Origin: Candidatus Poribacteria bacterium
Lineage (GTDB): Bacteria; Poribacteria; WGA-4E; PCPOR2b
Reading direction: 5' to 3'
NCBI GenBank assembly: GCA_965116925.1
Contig: OZ220744.1
Span: 5,984,001-6,048,000 of the forward strand
DNA: 64,000 nucleotides
Shown: positions 9,377 to 19,477 of the stretch, piece after piece
Layout: every line of letters begins with the position of its first letter
Numbering within the stretch: the first letter of the stretch is position 1
The notes under the pieces: model-generated
Database searches by the model: none
The model's input: only the letters and a program-made list of their open reading frames with translations
Told to the model about the DNA's origin: nothing
Program-made: the position numbers and the translations under genes

Positions 9377-10537
9377 ATGAAAAATCGAGTGGGAGCATTT
9401 TTAGCGAATCGATTGCCTCTCAAAGATGTGGAAGATCACATCAAAAAGCCGCTGCCGAGGCATATCAACTGGCTTTTCTCTCTGGGAAGTATGGCAGCCT
9501 TTTTGCTGATTCTTCAAGCAGTTACTGGGGCGTTTTTAGCGTTTTACTATTCGCCCTCACCTGACCACGCTTATAACGCTGTGAATTATATCAGCAAGGA
9601 GGTGGCTTTCGGCGGTTTTGTGCGCGGATTGCACCATTGGGGTGCCAGTGCGATGGTGATTGTTGTGTTTTTGCACCTACTGCGCGTTGTCGCTTACGCC
9701 TCCTATAAACCGCCGAGGGAGATGACGTGGGTCACCGGGGTCTTGATGTTCCTGATCGTGTTGGGATTCGGTTTCACAGGTTATCTGCTGCCGTGGGATC
9801 AAAAGGCGTATTGGGCAACGGTGGTCGGCGTTAAAATTGCCGGCACTGCCCCTGTCATCGGGGAATTTGTTGGGAAGGTGCTCCGTGGCGGGGAGGAGGT
9901 CGGTGCTGTTACCCTGACTCGGTTTTATGCGCTGCACACAATCTGGCTACCGTGGATCGCTTTTGGGTTGGTTGGTGTGCATCTGTTTTTTGTGCGCTAT
10001 TACGGTTCAGCGGGAACCCCCAAGAACGCTCCCGAAGATATGCGGTCGGGCAAACCGTTTTATCCGGATCAGCTCTTTGAGGATGCGGTCGCGATCTTGA
10101 TCCTGTTCATCATCCTTGCCACGATGGCGATCTTTATCCCTGTGCCTCTCGAAGAGCTTGCTGACCCGACCGATGCTAGCTATGATCCGCGTCCGGAGTG
10201 GTATTTTCTGTTTTTGTTCCAGTTGCTCAAGTATTTTGAGGGACCTCTTGAGGTGGTTGGTACGTTTGTTATTCCTACGGTTGGGTTTATCCTGCTCCTT
10301 CTCCTTCCATTTTTGGATAGGAAAGAGGAGCGGACTTCCTTGCTGAAACGTCCTGTCGCGCTTGCGGTTACTTGTGTGTCTGTTGTGTTGATTGTGCTGC
10401 TTACCGTTCTTGGTGCGATTGCGCCTAGATTGGAGCCTGCTCCTGAGGAAACACCTGTGACTGAGGGGGCGGTGCCAACTCAAGAAGAGACTCAGGAGAA
10501 AAAGGAAGAGGCGGTTTTTGATTTTGGTTTGGATTAG
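9377..10537 (+). CDS. Cytochrome b subunit of a bc-type complex (cytochrome b6 and subunit IV regions in one chain)
   Basis: RGLHHWGAS...FLHLLR heme ligands, GYLLPWDQKAYWA, TRFYALH and PEWY motif; start moved to ATG 9377 after AGGAGG. Confidence 0.92.
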   Translation: MKNRVGAFLANRLPLKDVEDHIKKPLPRHINWLFSLGSMAAFLLILQAVTGAFLAFYYSPSPDHAYNAVNYISKEVAFGGFVRGLHHWGASAMVIVVFLHLLRVVAYASYKPPREMTWVTGVLMFLIVLGFGFTGYLLPWDQKAYWATVVGVKIAGTAPVIGEFVGKVLRGGEEVGAVTLTRFYALHTIWLPWIAFGLVGVHLFFVRYYGSAGTPKNAPEDMRSGKPFYPDQLFEDAVAILILFIILATMAIFIPVPLEELADPTDASYDPRPEWYFLFLFQLLKYFEGPLEVVGTFVIPTVGFILLLLLPFLDRKEERTSLLKRPVALAVTCVSVVLIVLLTVLGAIAPRLEPAPEETPVTEGAVPTQEETQEKKEEAVFDFGLD

Positions 10538-10757
10538 GAATTGTCTGAATCAGGATTTTTAGGATAGAAGGATAAACAGGATAAGGTAGGGCGACGTCCA
10601 AAGATTTTGGGAATGCCCTAACTTTGTTGCCGATAGTACATTAGAAGACTATAACAAGGCAATAGAACTTAACTCGCATTTTGTCGAGCCCTATTACAAT
10701 CGCGGCGTCGCTTATCACGAAAGACACCAGTATGATCTTGCCATTAAGGATTATACC

Positions 10758-11429
10758 ATGGCAGTAGACTTGAAACCAGACCTTGCTGAAGCCTATACCA
10801 ATCGCGGTATCGCTTACAACAACACAGGCGATTACGTCCGCGCCATTGAAGATCTTAACAAGGCGATAGGACTGAGCCCAGACCTTGCTGAAGCCTATTA
10901 CAATCGCGGCAATGCTTACTACGAAAGACGGGAATTTGCTCAAAGTATCAAAGACTATAGCAAGGCGATAGAACTGAAACCACAGCTTGCCGAAGCTTAT
11001 TACAATCGTGGCGAGGCGTGGTTACATCTAGAAGAATGGGAAAAAGCCGAATCGGATCTAGCAGATGCCAAGAGCATGGGGATAAATATCATAACTGCAT
11101 TTGATTACCTCTATGAAAGCGTTGCGGACTTTGAGCAGAGTAATGGTGTTAAGCTACCGAAAAACATTGCCGCAATGCTAACACCTCAAGTAATTGCCAT
11201 GCGAAGAGGGGATTTACAACAGCGAATAATTAAGTTAATCGAGCAACTCCCGGCAGATAAATTGCAAATGGTCATTGACTATCTGATAGATCTTCAAGAC
11301 GAAGAAGAATGGGAGGCAACTCATGAATTGGCGGGCGATCCGGAAATTGCCAAGAATTTAGAACGTGCAGAAGCAGATATGAAAGCGGGAAGGCTAAAGC
11401 GTTGGAATGATGTTAGACGGGACGTTTAA
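10758..11429 (+). CDS. 5'-truncated TPR protein fused in frame to an antitoxin-like C-terminal module
   Basis: TPR units continue in frame upstream of the ATG to about 10641 with no start codon (in-frame TAG at 10587); the last ~76 aa (MRRGDLQQRIIKLIEQLP...AEADMKAGRLKRWNDVRRDV) resemble a small type II antitoxin. Confidence 0.65.
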   Translation: MAVDLKPDLAEAYTNRGIAYNNTGDYVRAIEDLNKAIGLSPDLAEAYYNRGNAYYERREFAQSIKDYSKAIELKPQLAEAYYNRGEAWLHLEEWEKAESDLADAKSMGINIITAFDYLYESVADFEQSNGVKLPKNIAAMLTPQVIAMRRGDLQQRIIKLIEQLPADKLQMVIDYLIDLQDEEEWEATHELAGDPEIAKNLERAEADMKAGRLKRWNDVRRDV

Positions 11430-11520
11430 TGTACAACTCACCGATGACGCAGAGAAGCATTACAACACGCTTGACGCCAACATGACGCGACGAGTGAGCC
11501 GAGCGATTAATCTCCTATAG
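11422..11520 (+). pseudogene. RelE/ParE-like toxin N-terminal remnant
   Basis: (ACG)FNVQLTDDAEKHYNTLDANMTRRVSRAINLL* overlaps the antitoxin-like stop; ACG at the expected ATG position; ends after 32 codons. Confidence 0.55.
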
Positions 11521-11687
11521 ATGCGGCAAATTAAATCCGTAATAATCTGCGATTCAGACGATCTTTCTATTCATCGTTTCGATCTCTCAGTTCTTTAATA
11601 CCATCTTGTATTTTGCATATCCCACCTTTAGTCCAATCCTATTGATAACCTTGGTCTATCTGTGCTCCAATAGTCCCCGCTTAATCC

Positions 11688-11717
11688 TTGACATGCCTCT
11701 TTGTAATGTTCTATACT
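11688..11717 (+). promoter_or_regulatory. Putative sigma70 promoter
   Basis: TTGACA-18 nt-TATACT upstream of an AAGGAGG RBS. Confidence 0.55.
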
Positions 11718-11742
11718 GTCTGACCGAAAAGGAGGCTGTAAT

Positions 11743-14103
11743 GTGGTGCGACAGACAACGCCAAAAGTCCCATTCACCGAGATGCCCTGGACTCAAATTA
11801 GATTCCTTCATGTTTCAGCGATCTCCCTGATAGCATGGGCGTGTCTGTTGCGACCTGCATTTGCCCAACATACAGATCCGTTAGGGAATCCCGTCTTCGA
11901 TAAAAGCGGGAAGGAACTGTATACACTCCAAGCGCGCTTTGGCGTGTTGGGTGGGGACTCACTCCTGCGCCGTGACTCGGAGTTTCGCAGTAAAACGAGC
12001 AACCGGAACTTCTTTACCTTCAATATTCCGGGCGAAAATGTGCTCCATCAGTTGACCGTTGGCAACTTTCCGACCAAGTTTTCGAGTTTTACGCTCAATA
12101 AAGAGCTCTTTGATGCAGCCCGTTGGAATATAACGGTGCCGAAAGCAGGCGGCAGAGTATCTGCTTTTGTGGGGAGGGTAACGAACAACACCTTTGCGCT
12201 ATCCGGGGATCGGGTCAGGCCTATTGAGAACCGAGATATTGTGAGCCGTTCCGATTGGTTCATGGCGGGCTTGCGGGCGGAAGCGAATCTCGGTGCCCAC
12301 AGCGTCCGATTGGGGGCGTTGCCGGAATTTACTATGCCGTTACCTAGGGTCGGGTTTAACTATGTGAATCGGTTTTTTACCAACTACGATCTCACCCGCA
12401 CGAGCAATCCGTTTCGGGGCGTTACGATTGCCAATCCGCCGCCGGAATTGTACCTGCGTTTCAGCGACGCCTCACCGGAAAATCCGGGCGGTGCAAAGGT
12501 CTTTCGTGTCCGCGTTTTTGTCGATGATATTTTGGAGTATGACATTATCGGCGGCAGAGAGTTGCCCGGTGTACTGCTGTTCCCGAACGACAGCAGGCGG
12601 GACGGGAATTCACGTTGGGTGGACGGCGAAGGGACGTTTACCTATCGATTCTTCCTTTTCAGTCCGCAGGAGATTAATAGTGTGCGGTTTGAGGTTGATG
12701 TTGCCAACGACTACCTAGTTGATCTTTCAACGGACAACCAAAATTTTCAGGTGGAGTTAAGTGCGCCGGGCAACGTTAAGGACGAATCGAATCGGAAGGT
12801 ACATCGGTTTGAATATGGCGAGTTAACCGATGAAGCGACGATGGGATTCGATCTCCAAACGACGCTTCTCGGATTTTCGATTGAAGCTGAACGTGCGTGG
12901 TATGTGCAGACCAAACAGTATCCACTCCTCAGTGGCAAGCGGGCGCACCGCACAACGGGAGCATGGTTCATTGATGTGAACCGGAACTTTGGTCCGGTGA
13001 CTTGGCGCAGCGAGGTTACGCGGATTGCTCCCTTTTACACGGCGAGAAATTTCATTGACGATAACGACGACGACGATCCCTATGCGGATTCTCGCGAGCC
13101 GGAGATTTTGATTTCGGGGAATACGAAGGATGACTTAGATGGCGATAGGGTCAAGGACTGGAACGACGATTTCCTGCTGTTCTTTGCGGATCCGCCGAGT
13201 TTTCGCTTAGGCCTCAACCGTGAATCAATCGACTTCAATAATAATGGTCAGCCTGACAACCTCGAAGACGATGATAAACCGAACTACCGTTACGATTATG
13301 ATGAGGGTTCTTCTGGACACCACACCTACCTCAAGGTTGAACTGCCGTTTGTGGAAGGGCTTTCTGTTCTACCCGGATATTACGAGAAACATCTGATTCT
13401 TCAACACAAGAGCGCGAGAGGATGGTATAATGTCTTATCTTACGCACCGAAGTCGATTCCTCATTTCGGGACGATTCTCTTTCGTTATACCTTTCGTCGA
13501 TCTCACGATATTATTCCGGACGATGTTGTGATCCGCAGTACAGGCGATATTATCGAGGATGATTTGGTGCGTCAAAGGTATCTCGGCAATATTTTTACGA
13601 TGATTGTCGATTACCAAGATATCAAGAATCTTACAATTCGTAGCAAATTCAAATACCAGCGGGATACGTTGTTCCACACGCGTCAACGGGTTATTGATAC
13701 TGCATTGATTAATCAGATCCGCTATGACTATAAAGTTCGTGAAGACCTGACCATCTCTCCAGCGTTTCGGAGTGATCGAAACATCGGCTATACGTTTCCT
13801 TTTGATAAACGGACTGCCTTTGATACCATCCGAAATGTTTATATCTTGACTTTGACTCATCAGGTTGCGGCGCAATTGCAGTTGAGTGCCGGTGCACAGT
13901 ATCTGACGTGGCGGGATCGCAAGGATTCACAACGGAGTCTCAACCGAACTGTTAGCTTTTTGGAGCTTGTGCTACAGGGCGATGCCTTTGGGCAGCGGAT
14001 GGGACTGCTGATTACCGGTGATTATATTATCCAGAATTTCCTTGAGCCGATTGGAGGCGGCGAAAGGCACACGAACATTGGAATTTCGCTGTTTTTGTTG
14101 TAG
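11743..14103 (+). CDS. Large exported, possibly outer-membrane, protein of unknown function
   Basis: 786 aa; signal-peptide-like segment ending PAFA-Q; acidic DxDxD-type motifs; amphipathic beta-strand-like C-terminus. Confidence 0.75.
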   Translation: MVRQTTPKVPFTEMPWTQIRFLHVSAISLIAWACLLRPAFAQHTDPLGNPVFDKSGKELYTLQARFGVLGGDSLLRRDSEFRSKTSNRNFFTFNIPGENVLHQLTVGNFPTKFSSFTLNKELFDAARWNITVPKAGGRVSAFVGRVTNNTFALSGDRVRPIENRDIVSRSDWFMAGLRAEANLGAHSVRLGALPEFTMPLPRVGFNYVNRFFTNYDLTRTSNPFRGVTIANPPPELYLRFSDASPENPGGAKVFRVRVFVDDILEYDIIGGRELPGVLLFPNDSRRDGNSRWVDGEGTFTYRFFLFSPQEINSVRFEVDVANDYLVDLSTDNQNFQVELSAPGNVKDESNRKVHRFEYGELTDEATMGFDLQTTLLGFSIEAERAWYVQTKQYPLLSGKRAHRTTGAWFIDVNRNFGPVTWRSEVTRIAPFYTARNFIDDNDDDDPYADSREPEILISGNTKDDLDGDRVKDWNDDFLLFFADPPSFRLGLNRESIDFNNNGQPDNLEDDDKPNYRYDYDEGSSGHHTYLKVELPFVEGLSVLPGYYEKHLILQHKSARGWYNVLSYAPKSIPHFGTILFRYTFRRSHDIIPDDVVIRSTGDIIEDDLVRQRYLGNIFTMIVDYQDIKNLTIRSKFKYQRDTLFHTRQRVIDTALINQIRYDYKVREDLTISPAFRSDRNIGYTFPFDKRTAFDTIRNVYILTLTHQVAAQLQLSAGAQYLTWRDRKDSQRSLNRTVSFLELVLQGDAFGQRMGLLITGDYIIQNFLEPIGGGERHTNIGISLFLL

Positions 14104-14257
14104 GCTGCTACATGTCGCTCCGTCCCGATAAGATCGGGCTTCAAAGTTACTGGAGCCAAAACTGAGGTCGTTGACGGGCGAGGGAACCTCGCCCCTACGG
14201 ATTTTCAATACATAGCAACTTGGGTTATAAATAAAGAAATAGAAAGGAGTAACAACC

Positions 14258-15223
14258 ATGCAAGGGCAACCGTGGGATGAAATGCAGCCATACTTTCGGC
14301 TCATCACCCCTAAACGCATTATTTTGGCGATTGTTGTTTTGCTTCTTATTGCTGTATCCTTGACCAGTATGTACACTGTCGAGGCGGATGAGGTGGCTTT
14401 GGTGCTACGGTTTGGGCAATACATTGACACAACTCAACCCGGCTTGCGCTTCAAACTCCCGTTTGGGATTGACCAAGTTATCGGTGTCCCTGTCAAAAGG
14501 GTGTTCAAGGAGGAATTTGGGTTCCGCACCCTGCGCGCAGGCGTTCGCACCCAATATGATCCCAGAGACTATTCCGATGAATCACTGCTGTTGACAGGAG
14601 ACCTCAGCATCGCTGATGTTGAGTGGGTGGTTCAATATCAGATTGGTGATCCGCGAAAGTTCCTGTTTGCCATCCGCGATGCGACCCGGTCCTTACGCGA
14701 TCTCTCTGAAGCGGTGATGCGGACAGTTGTCGGAGACCGTACTGTCACGGAAGTGTTGACCGTTGGACGTATCGAAATCGCTGCCGAAGTGAAACAAAGC
14801 CTTCAAGAGTTGCTCGATCGGTACGATACCGGTTTGATCCTTGTGAACGTTACCTTGCAAGATGTGAATCCCCCGGAGACAGTGAAACCCTCTTTCAATG
14901 CTGTCAATGAGGCAAAGCAGGAGAAAGAGAGACTGATTAACGAGGCACGGAAGGACTATAACGAATCTGTCCCGAAAGCCAAGGGTGTTGCGCGGCAAAG
15001 GATCTTAGAAGCAGAGGGATACGCGCTCAAGCGTGTTAACGAAGCGAGAGGCGATGCCGATCGATTCAACGCAATCCGACGGGAGTATCGAAATGCTAAG
15101 GCGGTGACCCGTCGCAGGCTCTATCTGGAGGCTATGAATGAGGTTCTGCCGACAGTCAAAGAGATCTATATCATTGACGGTAAGTCGAATGCTCCGCTCC
15201 CGATTCTACAGCTTGACAAGTAA
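14258..15223 (+). CDS. hflK: FtsH protease modulator HflK
   Basis: SPFH-domain protein with N-terminal TM, LTGD, EAEGY and VTRRRLYLE motifs; followed by hflC. Confidence 0.93.
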   Translation: MQGQPWDEMQPYFRLITPKRIILAIVVLLLIAVSLTSMYTVEADEVALVLRFGQYIDTTQPGLRFKLPFGIDQVIGVPVKRVFKEEFGFRTLRAGVRTQYDPRDYSDESLLLTGDLSIADVEWVVQYQIGDPRKFLFAIRDATRSLRDLSEAVMRTVVGDRTVTEVLTVGRIEIAAEVKQSLQELLDRYDTGLILVNVTLQDVNPPETVKPSFNAVNEAKQEKERLINEARKDYNESVPKAKGVARQRILEAEGYALKRVNEARGDADRFNAIRREYRNAKAVTRRRLYLEAMNEVLPTVKEIYIIDGKSNAPLPILQLDK

Positions 15224-15253
15224 CAATTTTCATCTCACGAAAGGATATCCACG

Positions 15254-16228
15254 ATGAATCCCAAAGCACTAGTATCAATAATCGTTATTCTCATCATCGC
15301 TATTCCCTTAGCCTCAAATGTGTTCTACACGGTTCGTGAAGATGAACAGGTGGTGATTACTCAATTTGGCGAGGCGATCAAAACAACGAGTGAAGCGGGT
15401 CTAAAAATAAAAACACCGTTCATCCAGAAGGTCCAGCGTCTGGAAAAACGGATTCTCGAATGGGACGGTTCGCCCAACGAGATTACAACGAAGGATAAGC
15501 GATTTATCTGGCTGGATACCACTGCCCGCTGGCGCATTACAAATGCCCTTGCGTTTTACGAGAGATTCCGCGGTGGGAATCCAGAAGCACTTGCTCAATC
15601 TCGGTTAGATGACATCATTGATTCGGCTGCCCGTGATTTGGTGACGGGTCAGCTACTCGTTGAAGTTGTGCGTAACTCAGACCGTATTCTGGATCTCAAT
15701 TTGGAAGAGCTGGATCAGGATGAAGGAGGCGGTAGTGCTGAACAGCTGGAAAGCATTTCAGTGGGCAGGGATACAATTGTAAACATGATCTTTGAAAAGG
15801 CGCAACAGAGCATCCCCGAAGACTGGGGGATTGAGCTAGTTGACGTACGGATTAAACGAATTAACTATGTAGAATCTGTCCGTCGGGAGGTTTTCGCCCA
15901 AATGATTTCCGAACGAGATCGAATTGCTGCCAAGTATCGGTCAGAAGGTCAAGGTGAAGCGGCAGATATCATGGGCCAGAAACAGAAGGAGTTAGAGCGC
16001 ATCCAGTCTGAAGCATACCAGAAAGCGGAGCAGCTTAGAGGTGACGCTGACGCGCAAGCGATTCAGATTTATGCACAATCACACGGTCAAGATCCGGAGT
16101 TTTACGCGTTCCTTCAGACGCTAGAAACTTACCGTAAGACGATCAACACCAATACCAAGCTGATTTTATCAACGGATAGCGATCTCTACAACTATCTCAA
16201 GAACGCCGGGCTGACAGGGAGACGGTAG
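15254..16228 (+). CDS. hflC: FtsH protease modulator HflC
   Basis: VDVRIKRI, MISER.RIA..YRSEG and DPEFYAF motifs. Confidence 0.93.
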   Translation: MNPKALVSIIVILIIAIPLASNVFYTVREDEQVVITQFGEAIKTTSEAGLKIKTPFIQKVQRLEKRILEWDGSPNEITTKDKRFIWLDTTARWRITNALAFYERFRGGNPEALAQSRLDDIIDSAARDLVTGQLLVEVVRNSDRILDLNLEELDQDEGGGSAEQLESISVGRDTIVNMIFEKAQQSIPEDWGIELVDVRIKRINYVESVRREVFAQMISERDRIAAKYRSEGQGEAADIMGQKQKELERIQSEAYQKAEQLRGDADAQAIQIYAQSHGQDPEFYAFLQTLETYRKTINTNTKLILSTDSDLYNYLKNAGLTGRR

Positions 16229-16249
16229 CACTGGAAGAAATAGGTACAA

Positions 16250-17212
16250 ATGATTAAATCACTCCAGTTGTATCAAGAAAATAATAGTGGTAATTCATGT
16301 CCCGACTTGTCGGGGTTCTCGGAGCGGAACGCGACCGGTAAAAAATCGGTTCAATACTCCCCGACCCGCCGCCATCCACCATGGATTCGGGCACGGGTTC
16401 CATCGGGACCGAACTATACCGAACTCAAGCGGTTGATGCGTGACCTTGAGCTGCACACCGTTTGTGAGGAGGCGCAGTGCCCAAATATCGGTGAGTGTTG
16501 GGAAAGCCGATCGGCTACTTTTATGATCTTGGGCGATGTCTGTACGCGTCGGTGTATGTTTTGTGCGGTTACCAAAGGGAATCCGGAGGGCGTTGATTTT
16601 GATGAACCTCGTCGGCTCGGCGAGGCTGTAGGGCATCTGAGGTTGGAGCATGTGGTAATCACTTCTGTCAATCGTGACGAGCTTGCCGACGGTGGGGCGA
16701 GCATCTTTGCAGAATGTATCCATGAGTCGCGCCGGCATAGCCCCGGCTGCACCGTTGAGGTGTTAATCCCAGATCTTGAGGGGAATTGGGACGCGCTTGG
16801 CGTGATTGTCGAAGCCAAACCTGACGTTCTCAATCATAATACGGAGACGGTGCCGCGCCTCTATCGCAGGACGCGCCCCCAAGCCAAATATCAGCGCACC
16901 TTAGACCTGTTGCGCATCGGTAAAGAGATGGATGGGACGATACTGACCAAGTCGGGCTTGATGGTAGGATTAGGGGAGAGCACCGAAGAACTGTTAGAAA
17001 CGATGCAGGATATCTGTGATACAAACTGCGATCTTTTGACGATTGGACAGTACCTCTCGCCGACATCGAGGCATTTGCCGATCCAGCGATATTACACCCC
17101 GGAGGAGTTTAAAGAGTTGAAAATAGCCGGCATGGAGATGGGATTTCGGCATGTGGAATCGGGACCGCTCGTCCGGAGTTCGTATCATGCACGGGAACAG
17201 GCGCAGTTGTGA
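16250..17212 (+). CDS. lipA: Lipoyl synthase
   Basis: CEEAQCPNIGEC, CTRRCMFC radical-SAM motif and VRSSYHA. Confidence 0.97.
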   Translation: MIKSLQLYQENNSGNSCPDLSGFSERNATGKKSVQYSPTRRHPPWIRARVPSGPNYTELKRLMRDLELHTVCEEAQCPNIGECWESRSATFMILGDVCTRRCMFCAVTKGNPEGVDFDEPRRLGEAVGHLRLEHVVITSVNRDELADGGASIFAECIHESRRHSPGCTVEVLIPDLEGNWDALGVIVEAKPDVLNHNTETVPRLYRRTRPQAKYQRTLDLLRIGKEMDGTILTKSGLMVGLGESTEELLETMQDICDTNCDLLTIGQYLSPTSRHLPIQRYYTPEEFKELKIAGMEMGFRHVESGPLVRSSYHAREQAQL

Positions 17213-17270
17213 TTATCGCGGATTTAGATTGGTAATTCAGATTAGGAGTGATACGGAAAGGAAATTCACG

Positions 17271-18269
17271 ATGCCTGACCAATACAAAATTTTGATAGCC
17301 GATGCCCCGTGGTCTATAGAGCCGGAACGGGAGGTTTTCGGAGAGATAGGCGCGGAATTAATCGTTGCCGAAACAAAGACAGAGGACGAACTGCTCTCTT
17401 TAGCCCCCCAAGTTGATGGGATACTGACTGACAGGCAATCAATAACCGATGCTATCATAGCGGTGGCACAACGGTGTAAAGCCATCGCTCGCTACGGCGT
17501 CGGGTTTGATAACGTGGCATTGGAGGCGGCAACGGCTGCAGGAATCATTGTTACCAATGTCCCGGCTTACTGCATCGATGAGGTCACCGATCACGCGATG
17601 GCATTGCTGCTAGCGTGCGCTCGAAAGATTCCGCTTTTCCATAAGCACATCAATAGTTGGAATCGGGATGTGGGTCCCCCGATGCGCCGTATCCGTGGAC
17701 AGACGTTAGGTGTCATTGGGTTTGGCAGGATTGGACAGGCGATCGCACCGAAGGCGCAAGCCTTTGGGTTGGAGGTTATCGTCTTTGATCAGTATCTCAC
17801 GTCGGAAGCGGTTCAAGCGCACGGTGCGGCGAAGGTCGAACTCCCTGAACTCCTTGCAAAATCTGATTTTATTTCTGTTCATACCCCATTGACGCCTGAA
17901 ACGCAGAACTTAATCGGTGAAGCCGAACTTCGTCAGATGAAGCCCAACGCCTACCTCATCAACACCGCGCGGGGCGGTATCATTGATATAGTTGCACTCC
18001 ATAAGGCGTTGAGCGAAGGTTGGATTGCTGGGGCGGGGCAGGATGTCTTACCACAGGAACCCGCGCCCCCTGATGAGCCGCTCCTCACACTGGAAAACGT
18101 CATTTTAACGCCGCACGTTGCGTTCCTTTCGGAAGAATCAACGTACGATGCTCAGAAAACCGCAGCGTCAGAGGTTGTAAGGGTGTTGACGGGGGAGATG
18201 CCGGAATCGGTGGTGAATCCGGAGGTTCTAGACAGTTCCGTGCTTCGTACCAAAGCACTCGCGGGATAA
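17271..18269 (+). CDS. D-isomer-specific 2-hydroxyacid dehydrogenase (SerA/CtBP-like)
   Basis: RYGVGFDNV, GFGRIG, INTARGG and TPHVA motifs; start moved to ATG 17271. Confidence 0.9.
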   Translation: MPDQYKILIADAPWSIEPEREVFGEIGAELIVAETKTEDELLSLAPQVDGILTDRQSITDAIIAVAQRCKAIARYGVGFDNVALEAATAAGIIVTNVPAYCIDEVTDHAMALLLACARKIPLFHKHINSWNRDVGPPMRRIRGQTLGVIGFGRIGQAIAPKAQAFGLEVIVFDQYLTSEAVQAHGAAKVELPELLAKSDFISVHTPLTPETQNLIGEAELRQMKPNAYLINTARGGIIDIVALHKALSEGWIAGAGQDVLPQEPAPPDEPLLTLENVILTPHVAFLSEESTYDAQKTAASEVVRVLTGEMPESVVNPEVLDSSVLRTKALAG

Positions 18270-18369
18270 TAGGAAGACGGGAAAACGAGAGAACCAGAAA
18301 ACGAGACGATGAAACGGTTATGTGTGCAGGTTACGGCATACGGAGTATGCCGACTACTAGCAACTTGGA

Positions 18370-19443
18370 TTACACTGCCTCCGCTATACCGGATGCTGCG
18401 GAACGGTAGGCTGCATCGAGCAGCTCTACGCCTCGCATAGCGGCTTCCCCCGGTGACCAATTTACATCGGTTATTCCGAGAATCAGGTCCACGAAATTGT
18501 TGGGAGGACCGTCGCACTCATAAGCACCTCCATCTGGTGCAACGTCGGCAACCTCGTCAACTCCGTTGTGCCGGCGTAACTCCATGCGAGCGCGTTCGGC
18601 ATCTAGGAGCAGCATCCCCTCGCTGCCAAAGAAGCGGATGTCTACCTGAAATGGTCGATGGGTTGGGACGGTGCCTGTACCGCTGACCGTGCCAACGGCA
18701 CCACTTGTGAAGCGGGTGGTAATTGCATCATACAGATCTACCTGCGCCCCCGGTGCGGTCATCATACTGAAGACAGTCTCTGATCGCAAACCTGATAGCC
18801 AGAACATCAACCCCGCCGAATGCGAAATTTGCCCATGCCCATAACCGCCTCCCGCGACTTGGGGATCCGCCCATGTTGCAGGATCCGGATTGAACATCGT
18901 TCCTTCAGACTGTCCGCTCACCTCCGCAACATCCATGCCTTCGCCGCTGAGCAGCCCACGGATCGGTGAAGCCATGTGGCACAGCACATACTCTATTGTG
19001 CCGATTCCGCCGTCGTCCATGAGTCGTTTGGCATGTTGGATGAACGGCTTGTGATGCCAGCCGTAAGGCACTAGTAGTTGGACGCTCTTCTCATCTGCTA
19101 ACCGCACCAATTCTCGTGCATGTTCAGCGCGAGTGGTTAGCGGTTTCTCACACATGACGTGCAAACCCTTTTCAAGCGCGGCGGAAGCGTGATCGTAGTG
19201 GAGGGTATGGGGTGAAGCCACCACCACGCCATCTAATTCGCACGTGTCAAGCAGGTCGTGATAGTCTTCGGTCGCATACGCAAACCCGAACGCCTCTTGC
19301 ACCTGTCGTAATTCTTCTCTTCCTAGACGACAGACGCCTACTAGTTCGACATCCTCGCGCCCTGCGAAAACAGGCATGTGATTGCTAGTCGCCCACCACC
19401 CTGCCCCGATGAATCCCAAGCGCGCTTTTTTCTGTCCATTCAT
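18370..19443 (-). CDS. Gfo/Idh/MocA family oxidoreductase
   Basis: GFIGAG and HVMCEKP motifs. Confidence 0.9.
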   Translation of the reverse strand: MNGQKKARLGFIGAGWWATSNHMPVFAGREDVELVGVCRLGREELRQVQEAFGFAYATEDYHDLLDTCELDGVVVASPHTLHYDHASAALEKGLHVMCEKPLTTRAEHARELVRLADEKSVQLLVPYGWHHKPFIQHAKRLMDDGGIGTIEYVLCHMASPIRGLLSGEGMDVAEVSGQSEGTMFNPDPATWADPQVAGGGYGHGQISHSAGLMFWLSGLRSETVFSMMTAPGAQVDLYDAITTRFTSGAVGTVSGTGTVPTHRPFQVDIRFFGSEGMLLLDAERARMELRRHNGVDEVADVAPDGGAYECDGPPNNFVDLILGITDVNWSPGEAAMRGVELLDAAYRSAASGIAEAV

Positions 19444-19477
19444 GATGTGTTCTCCATTCTAGGAAAAATATCCAACA

